NCBI RefSeq assembly: GCF_020745735.1
Contig: NC_083403.1
Location: 134,620,526 to 134,684,525 of the forward strand
DNA from: Hemiscyllium ocellatum
Taxonomy: Eukaryota
Reading direction: 5' to 3'
Length of the DNA stretch: 64,000 bases
Position 1 is the first letter of the stretch, and the number at the start of each line of letters is the position of its first letter. The translations under genes were made by a program, and so were the position numbers. Positions 1-13,773 of the stretch are shown one piece after another. The notes beneath the pieces are model-generated. The model worked only from the letters and a program-made list of their open reading frames with translations. It did no database searches and was not told where the DNA came from.

Positions 1-830
1 CACTTAGACAGCAGTAACCACAAATGACTAAAATTTACATGCAGTTTGAAACTGAGAAGTTTGGTCTAAGGTTAATATTTTAAACTTAAATAAGGGCAAC
101 CATGCAGTCATGAAAGTTCAGGCTAAATTAAATGAACAGTGATGCTAAGCTGGAAATTAAATCATTAGAGAAGCAAAGATAGACATTTTAGCAGATATTT
201 CAGGATCAGAATCAGTATATTCCTTCAGTTAAGGAAACTTACAATGGGAAGATCCACTTTTTAACTAAAGGAGTTAAGGGAAGATTCAAGTTTACGCAAA
301 AAGCATGTAATAGTGTAAAGATGCATGCAGGGCAGAAAATTACAAAATGTAAAGAACAACAGAGAATGACTAAAGTGTGAATCAGGAGAAATAAATTAGA
401 ACTTCAGAGAAAGCTTGCTAGAAATGTAAAAACAAATGCCAAAAGATTTTACAATTATTTTAAATTGAAAAGCTTAATTAAATTGAGTATTGATCAAATA
501 GAATGTGAGAATGAGGAGTTAATAGCAGATAATAAGAAAAACATGGATTAAAGGAATAAATATTTTACTTCTGCCTTCACTAACAAGAGTTTTAAAAAAT
601 CCAGCAATAGCTACACATCAGAAGTGGAAAGAAGAGATGAATTTGATGAAATAATAATGAGTAGGGGAGCAGTACTGAGCAAACATATAGAGCTGCAGAC
701 CGACAACACCCAGGTCATCCTAATCTCTCATAAGAAATGGCTAATAGGATGGAAAATGTATTGGTATTAATTTTCCAAAATCCTTTAAATTCTGGAAAGG
801 GTCCGTCATACTGGAACACAACAATAATAA

Positions 831-985
831 GTAAAAAATGAGGTCTGCAGATGCTGGAGATCACAGCTGAAAATGTGTTGCTGGTCAAAGCACAGCAGGA
901 CAGGCAGCATCTCAGGAATAGAGAATTCGACGTTTCGAGCATAAGCCCTTCATCAGGAATCCTTCACCAGCAACACATTTTCAGC
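831..985 (-). mobile_element. Short Penelope-derived element with hammerhead core, TSD cacaacaataataa
   Basis: TSD 817-830 / 986-999. Confidence 0.8.
925..960 (-). ncRNA. Minimal type I hammerhead ribozyme motif (attc CTGATGA agggc ttat gctc GAAA cGTC gaat)
   Basis: Intact CUGAUGA/GAAA core, stems I and II, palindromic ACGT stem III, GUC cleavage triplet. Confidence 0.7.
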
Positions 986-3629
986 CACAACAATAATAAC
1001 CCTATTATTCTAAAACTAAAGTAGGCAGGCAACAGGAAACTATAGGTCAGTTACCTTTACATCTGTCATGGGGAAAATGTTAGAATTAATTAAGGAGCTT
1101 AAAGTGGGCACTTGGAAAGTTCAAAGTAATGGGGAAGAGTCATCATGGATTTGTGAAAGGAATATATTATTTAAACTGCTAAATGGATTTTTTTTTCAAG
1201 GAGTAACATGCACTATGGATGAAGAGGGTACATGGTAATGTTCTGTACTTGGATTTTCTGAAGAAATTTCACAAGGTGCCACATAAAAGATTATTGCACA
1301 AAGTAGAAGCACATAGTAGAGCAGGTAACTTACTAGCCTGGATACAAGAATGAGCAGCTGTAGGAAACAGTGTATGCATGAAGAGTCATTTTTCTGAATG
1401 GCAGGAGTATGGTCCCACAAATGCTGTGCTGAGGCCTTAGACTTTCACTATATAATATATTCTGGTTTCCCTGCTCTCAGAAGGATGTTGCAAAACATGA
1501 AAGGGTTCAGAAAAGATTTATAAGGATGGTGCCAGGGTTGGAGGGTTTGAGCTATAGGGAGAGGTTGAATAGAGTAGGTCTAATTTCCCAGGAATGTTGA
1601 AGGCTAAGGGTGACCTTATTGTGGTTTATAAAATCATGTGGGGCATGGATAGGATAAATAAGACATTTTCCCAGGTTGGGAGAGTCCAGAACTAGAGGGC
1701 ATAGGCTTAGGTTGAGAGGGGAAAAATTTAAAAGGGACCTAAGGGACATTGTTTTTCAGGCAGAGGGTGGTGTGTGTATGGAATGAGCTGCCAGAGGAAG
1801 TGGTGGAGGCTGATACAATTACAACCTTTAAAAGGCATCTGGATGGATATATGAATGGGAAGGGTTTAGAGGGATATGGGCCAAGTGCTAGTTCATGGGA
1901 TTAGATTTGATTAGGATATTTGTTTGGCATGGCATGTTTGACTGAAGGGTCTGTTTCCGTACTCTTCATCTCTATAAATGTAGCAAAGCGAGAAATTGTT
2001 CACGTTGGCAGGAAGAATGAAAAAGCAAAATGTTAAGAGAACAAATGTAGAACTCGAGGAAGGATCTAGGTGTTGCAATGTCTAAGTTTTGTGACAATGT
2101 CAGTTTACAGATATAGGTTCACTCCCACCACCACTGACGTTCAGTAGCAGTAGTGTGAACTATATACAAGACGCACTGTAGAAATTCATCAAAGATTCTT
2201 AGACAGCACCTTCCCTAACCCATGACCACTTCCAACTAGAAGGATGAGAGCTACAGATGTATGAGAACACCATCAACTGCACATTCCCTTCCAAGACACT
2301 CAACAGCTGACTTGGAAATATATCGCCATTCCTTCAGTGTCAAAATATTTTAGCTTTGCTCGTTACATTCTCTGTCACCCTCTCTCCCCTTCCCCCATCC
2401 CAGTGGAGCTGTTCTTTCTGGTTTGGCACGACCCTTTCTCCCTCACTACTCTAAAGCTACCTGGCAACTCTCCCTCCACACCCCCACCCCCAATATAGCA
2501 CAAATGCTGTCCCCTCCACACTTCAACTCTGACGAAGAGTCATCCAGACTCGAAACATTAGCTTGCTATCGCTCCATGAATGCTGCCGGACCCACTGTGA
2601 TCTCCAGCATTTTTTGTTTTTCAATGTTTCATCTTGTGGGTGACCCTAGAACTAGGGAGCACCATTTAAAAAATGAGAGATTGCACTTTTTGAACAGAGA
2701 TGAAGAGAGCGTTGCAACAGAAGTTGCAAGACTGAAATTCGGCCTCTCAGGGTAGGAGAGGTGGGATTATTGAATACCTTTGAGGCCCTGCCCCTGCTCC
2801 CAATTTGAATGTTTGTACGCACTTACTGAACTCTTTGTGACTCTGCATTTAGGCCACTGGACTAGATCCTTAGCAGTTATTTGGACACTACATGTTCCCA
2901 TAGCCTTTGACCACATCCTGTGAAGGCCTCCTTTCTCCCATGCACATATAAGGCCATTCTTCCTTCCACATTCTGCACTATTCTCTGCAATGCAGCATCT
3001 GAAACATGTGGAGCCTCTTCTGTCCCATCTCACAGTTTCTGAGAATAGATTCACTTTCTATATAATTCTCAGCTCTTCCTCTAACCTCTATGTGCTCTGT
3101 GTTAAGAGTTACACAGGAAGTTTAACTGGTGAGCAACAAATTACAGCTCTGTAACCCCAGCTATGTGTGCAACTAATGAACTATCTGATGATTGCTGGTT
3201 GAACATAGAAATCATTAAATACACAAAGTGCAAAGTTCCCATACTGTGCCAACTTTTAACAGTTATTCAATTTAAACCCTATAATTCCTCTCTTATCTCC
3301 CAGATTTCCTCCCTATCTCTCCTGAAAATGCTGACTTTTTGGTGGAATGTATCTCCATGGGCAATGATCCAGTGCCCTTACTGATGGCTGTTACACATTT
3401 TAGAATTCCATAGTTAAAGATTATGTGGACTTTGTGAGTAATCAAGTTAATAAATTAACAGATTGGAATTTTATAGTTACTCTGTAGTTAACCAATTCTT
3501 TTTTGTGCAGCATAGATTTTATCCTCAGCAAAACATCTCTAAGCCAGTACTTATCAATGAGAAGACAGTATGGAGTAAATTACTTCAAAGAGAATTTAAG
3601 AAGCTTCTACATCAAAGCAAGGAACAATA

Positions 3630-4775
3630 TTAAGAATCATACAACCGCAGAATGTTACTGTATAGAAGGAGGCTATTCGACCTATCATGTCTGTACTGGC
3701 TTCCAAAAGAGCTACCCAGCCAGTCCCATTCGCCAGCTCTGTCTCCACAGCCCTCAAACTTCATCACTTTCAAATTTATATCCAGCTCACTTTTGAATCC
3801 TCCTATAGAATCTGTCTCCACCATTCTCCCATCGCAAATCCTAACAACTCTCTGAGCAAAGAAGTTTCTCAAGCTTTCTTGCTGACAACCTTGGAATTGT
3901 GATCCCTAGTTACTGACATACTAACTAGAGAAAACAAAATATCCTTCCTTACCCTGTCAAAATTGTTCATTATTTTGAATACCTCAAAATCACCTCTTAA
4001 TCTTCTCTGCTCCAATGATTAGCATCAATAGATTATAGTCATAGTCATAGAGTCATACAGCACGGAAACAGGCCTTTTGGTCCAACCAGTCCACACCGAC
4101 CATGTTTCCGAACTAAACCAGTCCCACCTGCCTGCACTTGGCCGATAGCCCTCCAAACCTTTCCTATTCATGAACTTATTGCAATGTCTTTTAAACACTG
4201 TAACTGAACCTGCACCAACCACTTTCTCTGGCAGTTCATTTCACACACAGTAGAAAAAAGTTGCCCCTCGTGTCCTTTTTTAAATCTTTCTCCCCTGACC
4301 TTAAAATATGCCCCCAGTTTTAAACTACCCCACCCTAGGGAAAAGATCTTTGTCATTCACCTTATCTACACCCCTTAGGATTTTATAAACCTTAACTTCC
4401 TATGCTCGAGTGAAAGAAGTTCCAGCCTATCCAACCCTCCATTCCTGGAAACATCCTGGCAAATCCTTTCTGAACTTTCTCCAATTTAATAATATCTTTC
4501 CTATAACAGGGTACACAGTACTCCAGAAGAGGCCTCACCAACATCCTGTACAACCTCAACATGGCGTCCCAGCTCCTATACTCAATGAAGGCACGCATGC
4601 TAAATGTCTTCTTAACCATCCTGTATACATGTGACGCAAATTTCAAGGGATTATGTACCCGATCCCCCAAGGTCTCTCTGTTCCCAATACAATCCAGGGT
4701 CCTATCGTTAATTGTATAAGTCCTGCCCTTGCTTGTTTTACCAAAATGCAAAATCTCACATTTATGCAAATCAAG
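3630..4775 (-). mobile_element. Two CR1 3' fragments
   Basis: NFFAQRVVRI; LVRPLLEYC; tail gactctatgactatga. Confidence 0.8.
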
Positions 4776-4809
4776 CTGTCTCTCTTCCAACCTAGTTTAT
4801 GGCACCAGG

Positions 4810-5445
4810 TGCTCCTGACTTCTTAAATCAGGGAGACCAAACGTAAACTCAAGGCACGTTTTGCCGAGCATCTCAGCCAGGCCCATGGGAGCCGTCCTGA
4901 CCTCCCAGTCACCGCCCATTTTAATTCCGCTTCCCACTCCCTTTCTGACATGACCATCCTCGGCCTCCTCCATTGCCACAGCGAACCAGACCACAAATTG
5001 GAGATACAACACCTCATCTTCCTCCTGGGCAGCATTCAGCCCAGAGGACTCAAGATCACCTCTTAATCTTCCCTGTGCCAATGATTAGCATCCATAGATT
5101 ATAGTCATAGTCATAGAGTCATACAGAATGGAGTTCTCCAATTTCAAATAACCTCCCTTCTTACACTCCGACTCCTTTTCCAGCACCTCCCTCTCCCTTC
5201 CATTCCTCTGACTGACCTTTCCTTCCAGCTACCAACCAGGTAGCTCCCCATCGACTAACCAGGTCGTATCCTCTACCTGTGCTCACCTATCCCTACCTCA
5301 TCACCTTGCCCCTCTCCCCAACCTATACTCTTTATCTGCAGCTCCCCATACCCTCACCCACAGTCCTGAAAAAGGGTTACACCCGAAACGCTAACCTCCA
5401 CCTCCTGATGCTGCCTGCCTTGCTGCATCTTTCCAGCCTCCTGCT
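4810..5445 (+). mobile_element. Penelope-like 3' fragment (GIY-YIG: ETKRKLKARFAEHL...HFNS..H) ending in a hammerhead-like motif
   Basis: Translated motif; cctgaaaaagggttacacccgaaacg at ~5365. Confidence 0.7.
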
Positions 5446-6074
5446 GGTAAAAAAAATGAGCAGACGCAATGATGTGCAAATTATTTTTTATCAACAGATG
5501 CTCCGATCGGCAGGAGAGAGAAAAGGAAAATAGACTTGTGAATACTCAGTCTTCCCTCTCTTAGACTCAGGGACCAGTGCTGGTGAAAAAGCAACTTGGA
5601 AAATTACCATTCACCAAGAGATCAAGGTTATTTTCAAACTTCACTCCACCTGAGGAAACAGTGGAACAACTGGGAATCAGATTCCAGTCTTGCATACTCA
5701 AGAGCTCGAAAATAAATGTTAACCCACAGCTGCCTTTATCGTCCTGTCTGTAGACACCTTTTCAGCTCCCTTCTTTTATTATCTGTATTTCTGTATGTGC
5801 TTCATGTGATATTTTCTTACTTTTCTCAGCTTTGCCAGCTAATAAATTCTATTCTCTTCCGCTCAAAAAAAATTCTTAGAATTTACTCTTTTTCTTTGTG
5901 ATTTGGTTAACTAAGTTTAATTGAAGTGAAATAGCTATGTAACAAAAAAAGTGATAAATGTTACTGATGATCAACTCAGGAAGGATGGTTAAGAAATGGT
6001 AAGCCAATCGAGCTGGCTATGCTCAACGATTTGTATTCTCTGGGTCAGACACTCTAAACAGAGTAGTATCAGAT

Positions 6075-7115
6075 TACAAGATGATTAGAGGATTAAATAG
6101 GGTGGACAATGAGAGCCTTTTTCCTTGAATGGTAATGGCTAGCAGAAGGGGACATAGCTTTAAATTGAGGGGTGATAGATGTAGGACAGATGTCAGATGT
6201 AGGTTCTTTACTCAGAGAGTGATTGGGGCATGGAATGCCTTGCCTGCAACAGTAGTAGACTCGCCAACTTTAGGGGCACTTAAATGGTCATTGGATAAAC
6301 ATTTGGATGAAAATAGATGGGCTTCAGGTCGGTTTCACTGGTCAGTGCAACATTGAGAGTCGAAGGACCTGTGCTGCGCTGTAATGTTCTACGTTCCATC
6401 TACAATATAACAACCCCTTAAAGAAATTCATAGATGTTTGATTCAACAGCACATTAAATCACAATATGTGGAACAAATTAAAGTGTCTGTGGTGTTCTCT
6501 TCCTAATATTACACAAATCGCCCTTTGTTTAAAAGCATTTATTATTTTCTTTCATATATGTCGATATTTCAAGAGCTTTATACCAAAACAGCTATCACTG
6601 TTAATACTGAAGAAAATACAAGCAGAAGTATGAAACTTGCTGGAATATTGTGTACAGCTGTGGGCACCACAGTGTCGAAAAGATGTGAATGCATTGGAAA
6701 GTGTGCTGAATTACAAGAATGGTTACAGAGTTAAGAAACTTCAGTTATGAAGACAGATTGAAGAGTTTGGGACTGTTCTCTTTGGATTGAAGAAGGCTAA
6801 GAGGAGATTTGATAATGATTTTTAAAATCAAGTGATGACTGGATAGAGAAAATAGGGAGAAGCTGTTCCCATTTATGGAAGGAACCAAAACAAGAGGGTG
6901 TAGATTTAAAAAAGCAAGGGTGAAATGAGGAAAGAGTTTTGTCACACAGCAAGTAGCTAAGGTGTGGAATGTGCTGCCTGGAAATGTTATGGAGGCAGGT
7001 TCAGTGGAGGGAATTCAAGAGTCATGCAAAGGTATGGGGGGAAAATAGGATATTGGCACTAGGTAATGATACTCATTTGAAGATGGGCTAAATGGCTGTA
7101 ACAATACTGTGATCT
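6075..7115 (+). mobile_element. CR1 3' fragments (~6075-6395 and ~6610-7115)
   Basis: FFTQRVIGAWNALP; LEYCVQLWAPQCRKDVNALE. Confidence 0.75.
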
Positions 7116-7190
7116 TGTTATCTTTTTCTTGAACAGATCATAAAATCTGGAGAAAGATTCATAAGCAAAAGAAAATAAAAGTTTCTTTAC

Positions 7191-7364
7191 CGTTAAACTC
7201 AACAAAAATAATGAGGTCGTCATTTTTTAAGAAGTTTCTACGCTGAAGCTGCTTGTGTGACATGAAAGCTGACCAACCCCAGGCAATGCTCCGGTAGCAA
7301 TCACAAATAGAATCATAGGTTCCAGTGAGCGTAGGCCTGTCCCAGAAGAAGGTGTCATTTCTGT
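7191..7364 (-). CDS. MEP1A: Meprin A alpha exon 12, MATH end (FWDRP...[17 protein letters not shown])
   Basis: 174 nt, cag|...|gtaaag; last MEP1A exon I could identify. Confidence 0.95.
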
Positions 7365-7549
7365 CTGTAATTAAATTCATACAGATGCAAATTATTTCCA
7401 AACTACTTTAAATATCATAAATGACTGCAAGGCCCTGAGTATAGAAATCTAACATGAAAATAGCAAATGTCAGATAATCCATGGTGTGATAGTTTTTAAC
7501 TTGAGGCATTCACTGGGTTTTCTGCAATTCAAACAAGTCAAAAATAATA

Positions 7550-7826
7550 GGGCAACACAGTGGCTAGCATTGCTGACTCACAGCACTAGGGTCCCAGGTT
7601 CGATTCCAGCCTTGGGCGACTATCTGTGTGGAGTGTGCACATTCTCCCCGTGTCTGTGTGCGTTTCCTCCCACAGTCCAAAGATGCGCAGGTCAGGTGGA
7701 TTGGGCATGCTAAATTGCCCATAGTGTTAGGTGCATTAGACAGAGGGAAGTGAGTTACACTTCAGAGGGTTGGTGTGAACTGGTTGGGCCGAAGGGCCTG
7801 TTTCTAACTGTAGAGAATCTAATCTT
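7550..7826 (+). mobile_element. HE1-type tRNA-derived V-SINE
   Basis: A/B-box head (GGTTCGATTCC), V-domain tgtgtggag...ctcccacagtccaaagatg, CR1-like tail. Confidence 0.85.
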
Positions 7827-10239
7827 AAAGTAAAGCATTATCTTGAGAAGATACTGGAATCTTACACTATTATTGCTTAAACAATGACAAAGAACACACA
7901 GTGACAGGCAGATTCACACATGATTTTGGTAATCTTTTCTTCACAACACGTCAAAAACTGTGGACGTAATTAGTAACATTTTTCTTCTAATGAAAAGGGT
8001 AGCAGAGAAAAATATGCAGATAACATTTTATTCAATTCAGCATCATCCACAGGGTGCAACAACATATTATTAAAATGTCACTAAAAGTATATTATTACCT
8101 CATCAACAAAATAATCAGTTTTCCTCAGCAAATTACAAAAGATTTGTTGATCAATGTGAAACACGTGTTATTTTTCTACATCAAACAGCTAATAAACATT
8201 TGGAAGATTTCTCTGGGACCATATGGCTTTATGTTCATAAGAATTTTGGGGGATAGGAAAAGATCATTAAATCTATGGGTCAGCTGATCAACATGGGAGC
8301 AACCATCAGACATTTGTGATAATCAAATGGCCAACAATTGAATGATATTCAAGTTCACACTGCTTTTGAAGAGTCATTGAGCACAGACATATATAGCACA
8401 GAAACAGTCTAACTCATCCATGCTGACCACATATCCTAAATTAATCTAGTCACGTTTGCCAGCATTTGGCCCACGTCTCTCTAAACCCTTCCCAATCATG
8501 TACCCATCCAGATTCCTTTCAAGTATTGCAATTGTACCAGCCTCCACCAGCTTCCTCTGGCAGCTCATTCCAAATAAGCACCACCCTCTGCGTGAAAAGT
8601 CCTGGATGAAAAGTTGCGGTTGGCTCAACAGGTATTTCTGAACATTTGTGACTGGTGCACAGCCTTTCACCAAGGCACTGCAACCTTGAAACATCAAGCC
8701 TTAGAAGGTCGGTTATTCCAATGCTGACTGTTGTAAACAATATGCAAAAGCAAGCATTTTCTTGCTTCATGGATTATGTGATGAGCCTGACCTCATGCAA
8801 GGAACTAGTTTAACTGTTAACATTCCCCAACAACCTGTCAGTATTCTGTGGGTCTCATCTAGTCCACATGAGAGTGTGTTTTAGCAAGTGAAGTCATGGT
8901 TCAAATGGCACCAATAAGCAGCTTAAGCTTCTTTCCCAGTCATGTAATTCTTCTTGCAGAGGAATGCTCCAATAATGCCATCCTAGACACTGACATTTGT
9001 GTAAAATTCTCCAAAGAATTAAATGATAACCATTAGCACAATCAAGAATGCTAGAAGCAGAAAAATGGTGTGGTGCTATGCTCCTCACCACATTTTTGTG
9101 ATTTTGCTGAAGCCATTTCAATGCTGTTCTGACCTGTAAGTCCAATGAAAGAAGTTCAACCACAGAGTTCCACAAAAGATGAGAATTTACCAGGGATGCA
9201 AAGACACATTCAGAAATTTTAGAGAGGAAAGGAGCTTGGAAATGCAGCAGCATTTTGAAAGTGGAGAGTAATCAAAAGTGTTCCGTAGAGGAGGTGGATG
9301 ATAATGTTAGATTTGAACAAGGGAAGTACAACACCTGAAGAGAGTGTAAGAGCAATTTATTGCAGATGCTGGAATCTGTACTGAAAACAAAAAATGTTGG
9401 AAATTACAGTGGCTCAAGCAGCATCCAGTGGAGAGAGAGCAAGCTAACATTTCGACTCGAGATGACTTCATCAGAGCTAACGCAAAGTGTGGAGGGGGCA
9501 GCATTTATGTTATGGGGGGGTGGAATAGTGAGGGAGAAAGGGTATGATAATACAGGTTAAGTGATTGGAATGTGAGAATGGCAGAGCAATGTCGAGTCTA
9601 ACTGCCAAACTGGAAAGAAAAGACAGTCCCACTGGAGATGGGGGAGCGGAGAGAGGACATGGTGAGAGAGAATGCAACAAGTAAAGCTAAAAAAGGGGAA
9701 GAAATGGGAGTAAGTTCACCATCTGAAGGCGTTGAACTCAATATTGAAGAGAGTGACTTGATAAGTACCACATCATTTAACATGCTGTCCAGGAAGGGAG
9801 GTTAGATGATCAACAGCTTGCTGTTAATTGGTTTGTGGGATCAGGAGGTTGTTGCATGGATAGATGAGTTCCAAGTAGGCATTAGGGGACAGGGGAAGTA
9901 AACTGGAGAAGGATCCAAGCTCAGGGCCATAACAAGAAGCTATGTAGCTTTCTGTGATTCTCCCTTTTCGAAACAAAACCATTTAATGTTTCACAATCGG
10001 CATAATGCATTTAAACAAAATATATTGGATTGTTGGGGCTTATGCCCGAAGTGTCGACTCTCCTGCTCCTCGGATGTTGCCTGACCTGCGGTGCTTTTTC
10101 ATCTCTACACATTTCGAACTCTAGAAATGGATCACGTTAATTGAGAAGAAAAGCTTATTCAACCCAAGAGGCCTAATGTCCAAACCTTGCAGCATTGTAC
10201 TGGAGTTTCTTTGGAGATACAGTAATTGCATTTTCTCAC

Positions 10240-10701
10240 CTGCTATTACTTTGCTTCCGTTTGTGGTGAAGCTTCTACTGGATGACATTCTAAGTTTTAC
10301 ATCAGGATCTTGGTCCATGACTGTGACCATGGCTTGCCTGTTCCCCGCTGGCCACTCGAGGATGCCATCATTTTCACCACTGCATAGTTGGAAAAACAAC
10401 CCCATGTAGTTTTCATGACGTGAGTGAGGATGTAAAATGAGGCCATAGCCATAACCCTCTGTGTTGTAGAACCGTGGGCTTTTTAAAGTATCATTAACTC
10501 CCGTGCTTTGAAGAATGGCAGAGAAGTTCTTTATGTGCCAGACAGCTTGAGGGCAACGGGTCTCAGTAAGAGTGATGTCATCCAGGAAAATACCACCTGG
10601 AGAATTTGTGGTATCACCAATTATACCTTGAAAGAGATATCGGAACTTGACCTTTGCATGAAGAGTCACATGGGCAATGTTCCAGGCATGGCTGCCATCA
10701 G
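10240..10701 (-). CDS. MEP1A: Meprin A alpha exon 11, MAM end and MATH/TRAF domain
   Basis: 462 nt; [41 protein letters not shown]. Confidence 0.96.
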
Positions 10702-10944
10702 CTAAAGAAAAGCAAACAGTGTGGTTTAGTGAAAAAAGTTTGGATATTTGCCATAAACCCAACATATTTCTCTATACGCCCTGATAGTCCAAATTATAGA
10801 TTAGAAGTTTAGTAATACTGATTCCATGGACTTCTAAGCTATTTGTAGTTTTGCATGAGGAAAATATTCATAGAAGACATTATATGTATGCATTTGAATA
10901 TGGTAAATAAATTTGTAATTTGAAGGCTTTGCGACTCTTGAACA

Positions 10945-12180
10945 CAGGGTCATACAGCACGGAAACAGACCCTTGAGTCCAAATAATCCACACCAATCAT
11001 GTTTCCAAACTAAACTAGTCCTACTTGCCTGCATTTAGACCATATCAGTCCAAACATTTCCTATTCATGTACTAATCCAAATGTCTTTTAAATGTTGTAA
11101 CTGTACCCAAATGCACCATTTCCTCAAGCAGTTCATTCCACACACGAGCCACTCTTTGTGTAAAAATGTTGCCCCTCAAGTCCACTTTAAAACTTTCTCC
11201 TCTCACTTAAAAATATGCCCCATAGTTGTAAACTCGTCCAGCCTACAGAAAAGACCTTACTATTCACCTTAACTATGAACAACTAAATATAAAAATAGTG
11301 GATGAGATGTGGGAGAAAACGCCTGGCGAGTCTTAGCTCCTATAGAGTCAAAGAGATGTACAGCACAGAAACAGATACTCTAGTGCAACTCATCCATGCC
11401 CACCAGATATCCCAACTAAATCTAGTCGCATTTCCCAGCACTTGGCCCATATCCCACTAAACCCTTCCTATTCATCCATTCATCTAGATCACTTTTAAAT
11501 GTTGTAATTGTACCAGCCTCCACCACTTCCTCTGGCAGCTTATTCCATACATGCACCATCCTCTATGTGAAAAAGTTGCCCCTTAGGTTCCATCTAAATT
11601 TTTCCCATCTCACCTTAAAGGTATGCCCTCTAGTTCTGGACTCCCCACCCCAGGGAAAAGACTTTGTCTATTTACCTTATCCATGCCCCTCATGATTTTA
11701 TAAACCTCTGTAAGGTCACCCCTCAGCCTCCCAACACTCTAAAGAAAGGAGCCCTAGTCTGTTCAGCCTCTCCCTATAGCTCAAATCCTCCAACACTAGC
11801 AACATACCTGCAAATCTTCTCTGAACTCTTTCAAGTTTCACAACATCCTTTCAATTGGAGGGAGACCAGAATTGCACACAATATTCCAAAAGTAGCCTTA
11901 CCAATGTCCTGTGCAGCCGCAACATGAACTCCCAACTCCTATACTCAATGCTCTGACCAAAAAGGGAAAGCGTAGCAAATGCCTTCTTCGCTATCCTATC
12001 TACCTGTAACTCCACTTTCAAAGAACTATGAACCTGCACTCCAAGGTATCTTTGTTCAGCAACATGCCCCAGGATCTTACCATTAAGTGTATAAGTCCTG
12101 CCCTGATTTGCCTTTCCAAAATGCAGCACCTCATATTTATCTAAATTAAACTCTATCTGCCACTCCTCAGCCCATTGGCT
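10945..12180 (-). mobile_element. CR1 3' fragments in MEP1A intron 10
   Basis: LHFGKANQGRTYTLNG...LEYCVQFWSP. Confidence 0.85.
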
Positions 12181-12589
12181 CTAAAGTGAAACATTGAAAT
12201 GTAAATGCATTGTGAATGTTCCACAATGAAGTAGGGAGGCTGGCATGTGTTGATTCCAGTGTCCATAGCCAGGGGGCATTTACAGCCATTGCCAATGGAA
12301 AGTGTCCTGAGACTATGGTGCCAGGAGATTTGATAGACGTTTGACAAGTTGGAGTGGCCCAATACTCGCTCTAACTTTCAGGCCAGGAATTCATCACATC
12401 AAGTTTCTATATAGCGGGTGGTAGAACAGGAATGCACAGATTAATGAGGTGAGATTAGGTAGTAATGAGGGTGATACTGAGTAATAATTCCCACTCATAG
12501 ACCTCTCACCACTCACTACTGAGAACTTCCTCTCACTGTCTGGTCCTCTGTTAAAAAAGTGAACTCTCAAAATATTCAAAGACTCATAC

Positions 12590-12805
12590 CTTGAAAGGTC
12601 TTAATTTTAACTAGTTTTCGAACAGTTCCAGTTCCATCATCCATTTTCATCCATATGACAAGTTTATCCTTCAGACTTCCTGTCATTTTATAGAAGAACT
12701 GAAGGCACTGCTCAGTCCTTTTGGGATAAAGGATTCGGGATTCCAGAAGAGCGGTTTGACCAATCTTTCCACTTTGCACGTCAAAGTACATGAAGTATCC
12801 AGAAT
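12590..12805 (-). CDS. MEP1A: Meprin A alpha exon 10, MAM domain (SGYFMYF...[26 protein letters not shown]...KTFQ)
   Basis: 216 nt, tag|...|gtatga; near-identical to human [23 protein letters not shown]. Confidence 0.96.
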
Positions 12806-13119
12806 CTAAAACACGAAGGGTTAGTTAGCAACAGGAGAAAACTGAATCATTCTTCAGTAAAATATCTGATTTAGGACTTTATAGCAAAAAAAAACTTAAG
12901 TTGTGACAATTGTCATTGATAAGGTTGGGTTGCAATATCCGGTCAGCATGGACGGGTTGGACTGAAGGTTCTGTTTCCGTGCATTTCTATGACTCTATGA
13001 CTCTTGCACGCCAGGCAAAATCATCAAGAAGAAATACCCCAACAGAATTGACACGTTAGCCGACAAAAAAAAAATTCCCTGCCTAAAGTCTGAATATTGT
13101 GCGAAATATGACTCCAGCC

Positions 13120-13773
13120 TGTAATGATGCTACTCCTTTATCAAGGGGATCTTGTCCATGATTTTGTTTTGAGGATGGCCAGAAAAACACAGGTTTCAAG
13201 TCAGGGCTTAGATGGGTTTTAGGGCCAGTTTATTTATAGCTAACAGATATTGCCTCAGGAAAAAGGCTTTCAAGTTTAAAAAAAACACTCATACAATAAA
13301 AGCTGAGTGGCCAGTTCTCCCAGCTCAGCTTTTCTCTGGTTTGATTGTTTTTTTGGCAGTGTGGCTAGTCGCTGAAAGCAGTCAGGCAGTTGTGAAGCTG
13401 CTGGACCCAAAGAAGCAGGTCCATGCTGACTCTCTCTCTCTGACTTCTCTCCTGTAAGTCCCTGTGTTTGATTTTACCTTTACTGCCAAGGAGTGATTAT
13501 GGGGATTGTTGCCAGTAATGGGAACAGCATCATTAAGTTGGTATAATTTATTGAGTTTTCAGATAGGCTGCGTTCTTCGGCATTCAGTTCTCTTTTGTTT
13601 GTGTTTCATTTGGTTTCTTGTAAATAAATTCTGTTTTGTTTTAAACTAAGTGGTTTAACCAGCTGCATCACTCCTGGAATATCCACATTACACCTGCTTA
13701 AAACAACTTGCAAAGTTAGGGTCTAAGCTAATTTCTTGAAATGCTTTGAGGAGGTCTGGCCTAGTCCATGACA
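13120..13773 (+). mobile_element. Probable solo LTR in MEP1A intron 9 (TGTAATG...CATGACA)
   Basis: TG...CA ends, near-TSD agcc/aacc, internal AATAAA. Confidence 0.6.

Larger units (their letters stand above)
1..1975 (+). mobile_element. Old CR1 ORF2 fragments with a younger CR1 3' end (~1462-1975)
   Basis: Degenerate RT-region motifs; characteristic HER1 3' UTR. Confidence 0.75.

Noticed and set aside
6578-6690. Minus-strand hydrophobic frame SHLFDTVVPTAVHNIPASFILLLVFSSVLTVIAVLV* with downstream AATAAA, as a candidate MEP1A terminal/anchor exon
   Set aside because: Most of it is the antisense of a CR1 RT segment (LEYCVQLWAPQCRKDV); the resemblance is probably coincidental, although exonisation cannot be excluded without RNA data
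7118-7190. Acceptor ttctccag at 7147 giving a DFMICSRKR* ending for MEP1A
   Set aside because: The implied intron is only 44 nt, too short for typical vertebrate splicing
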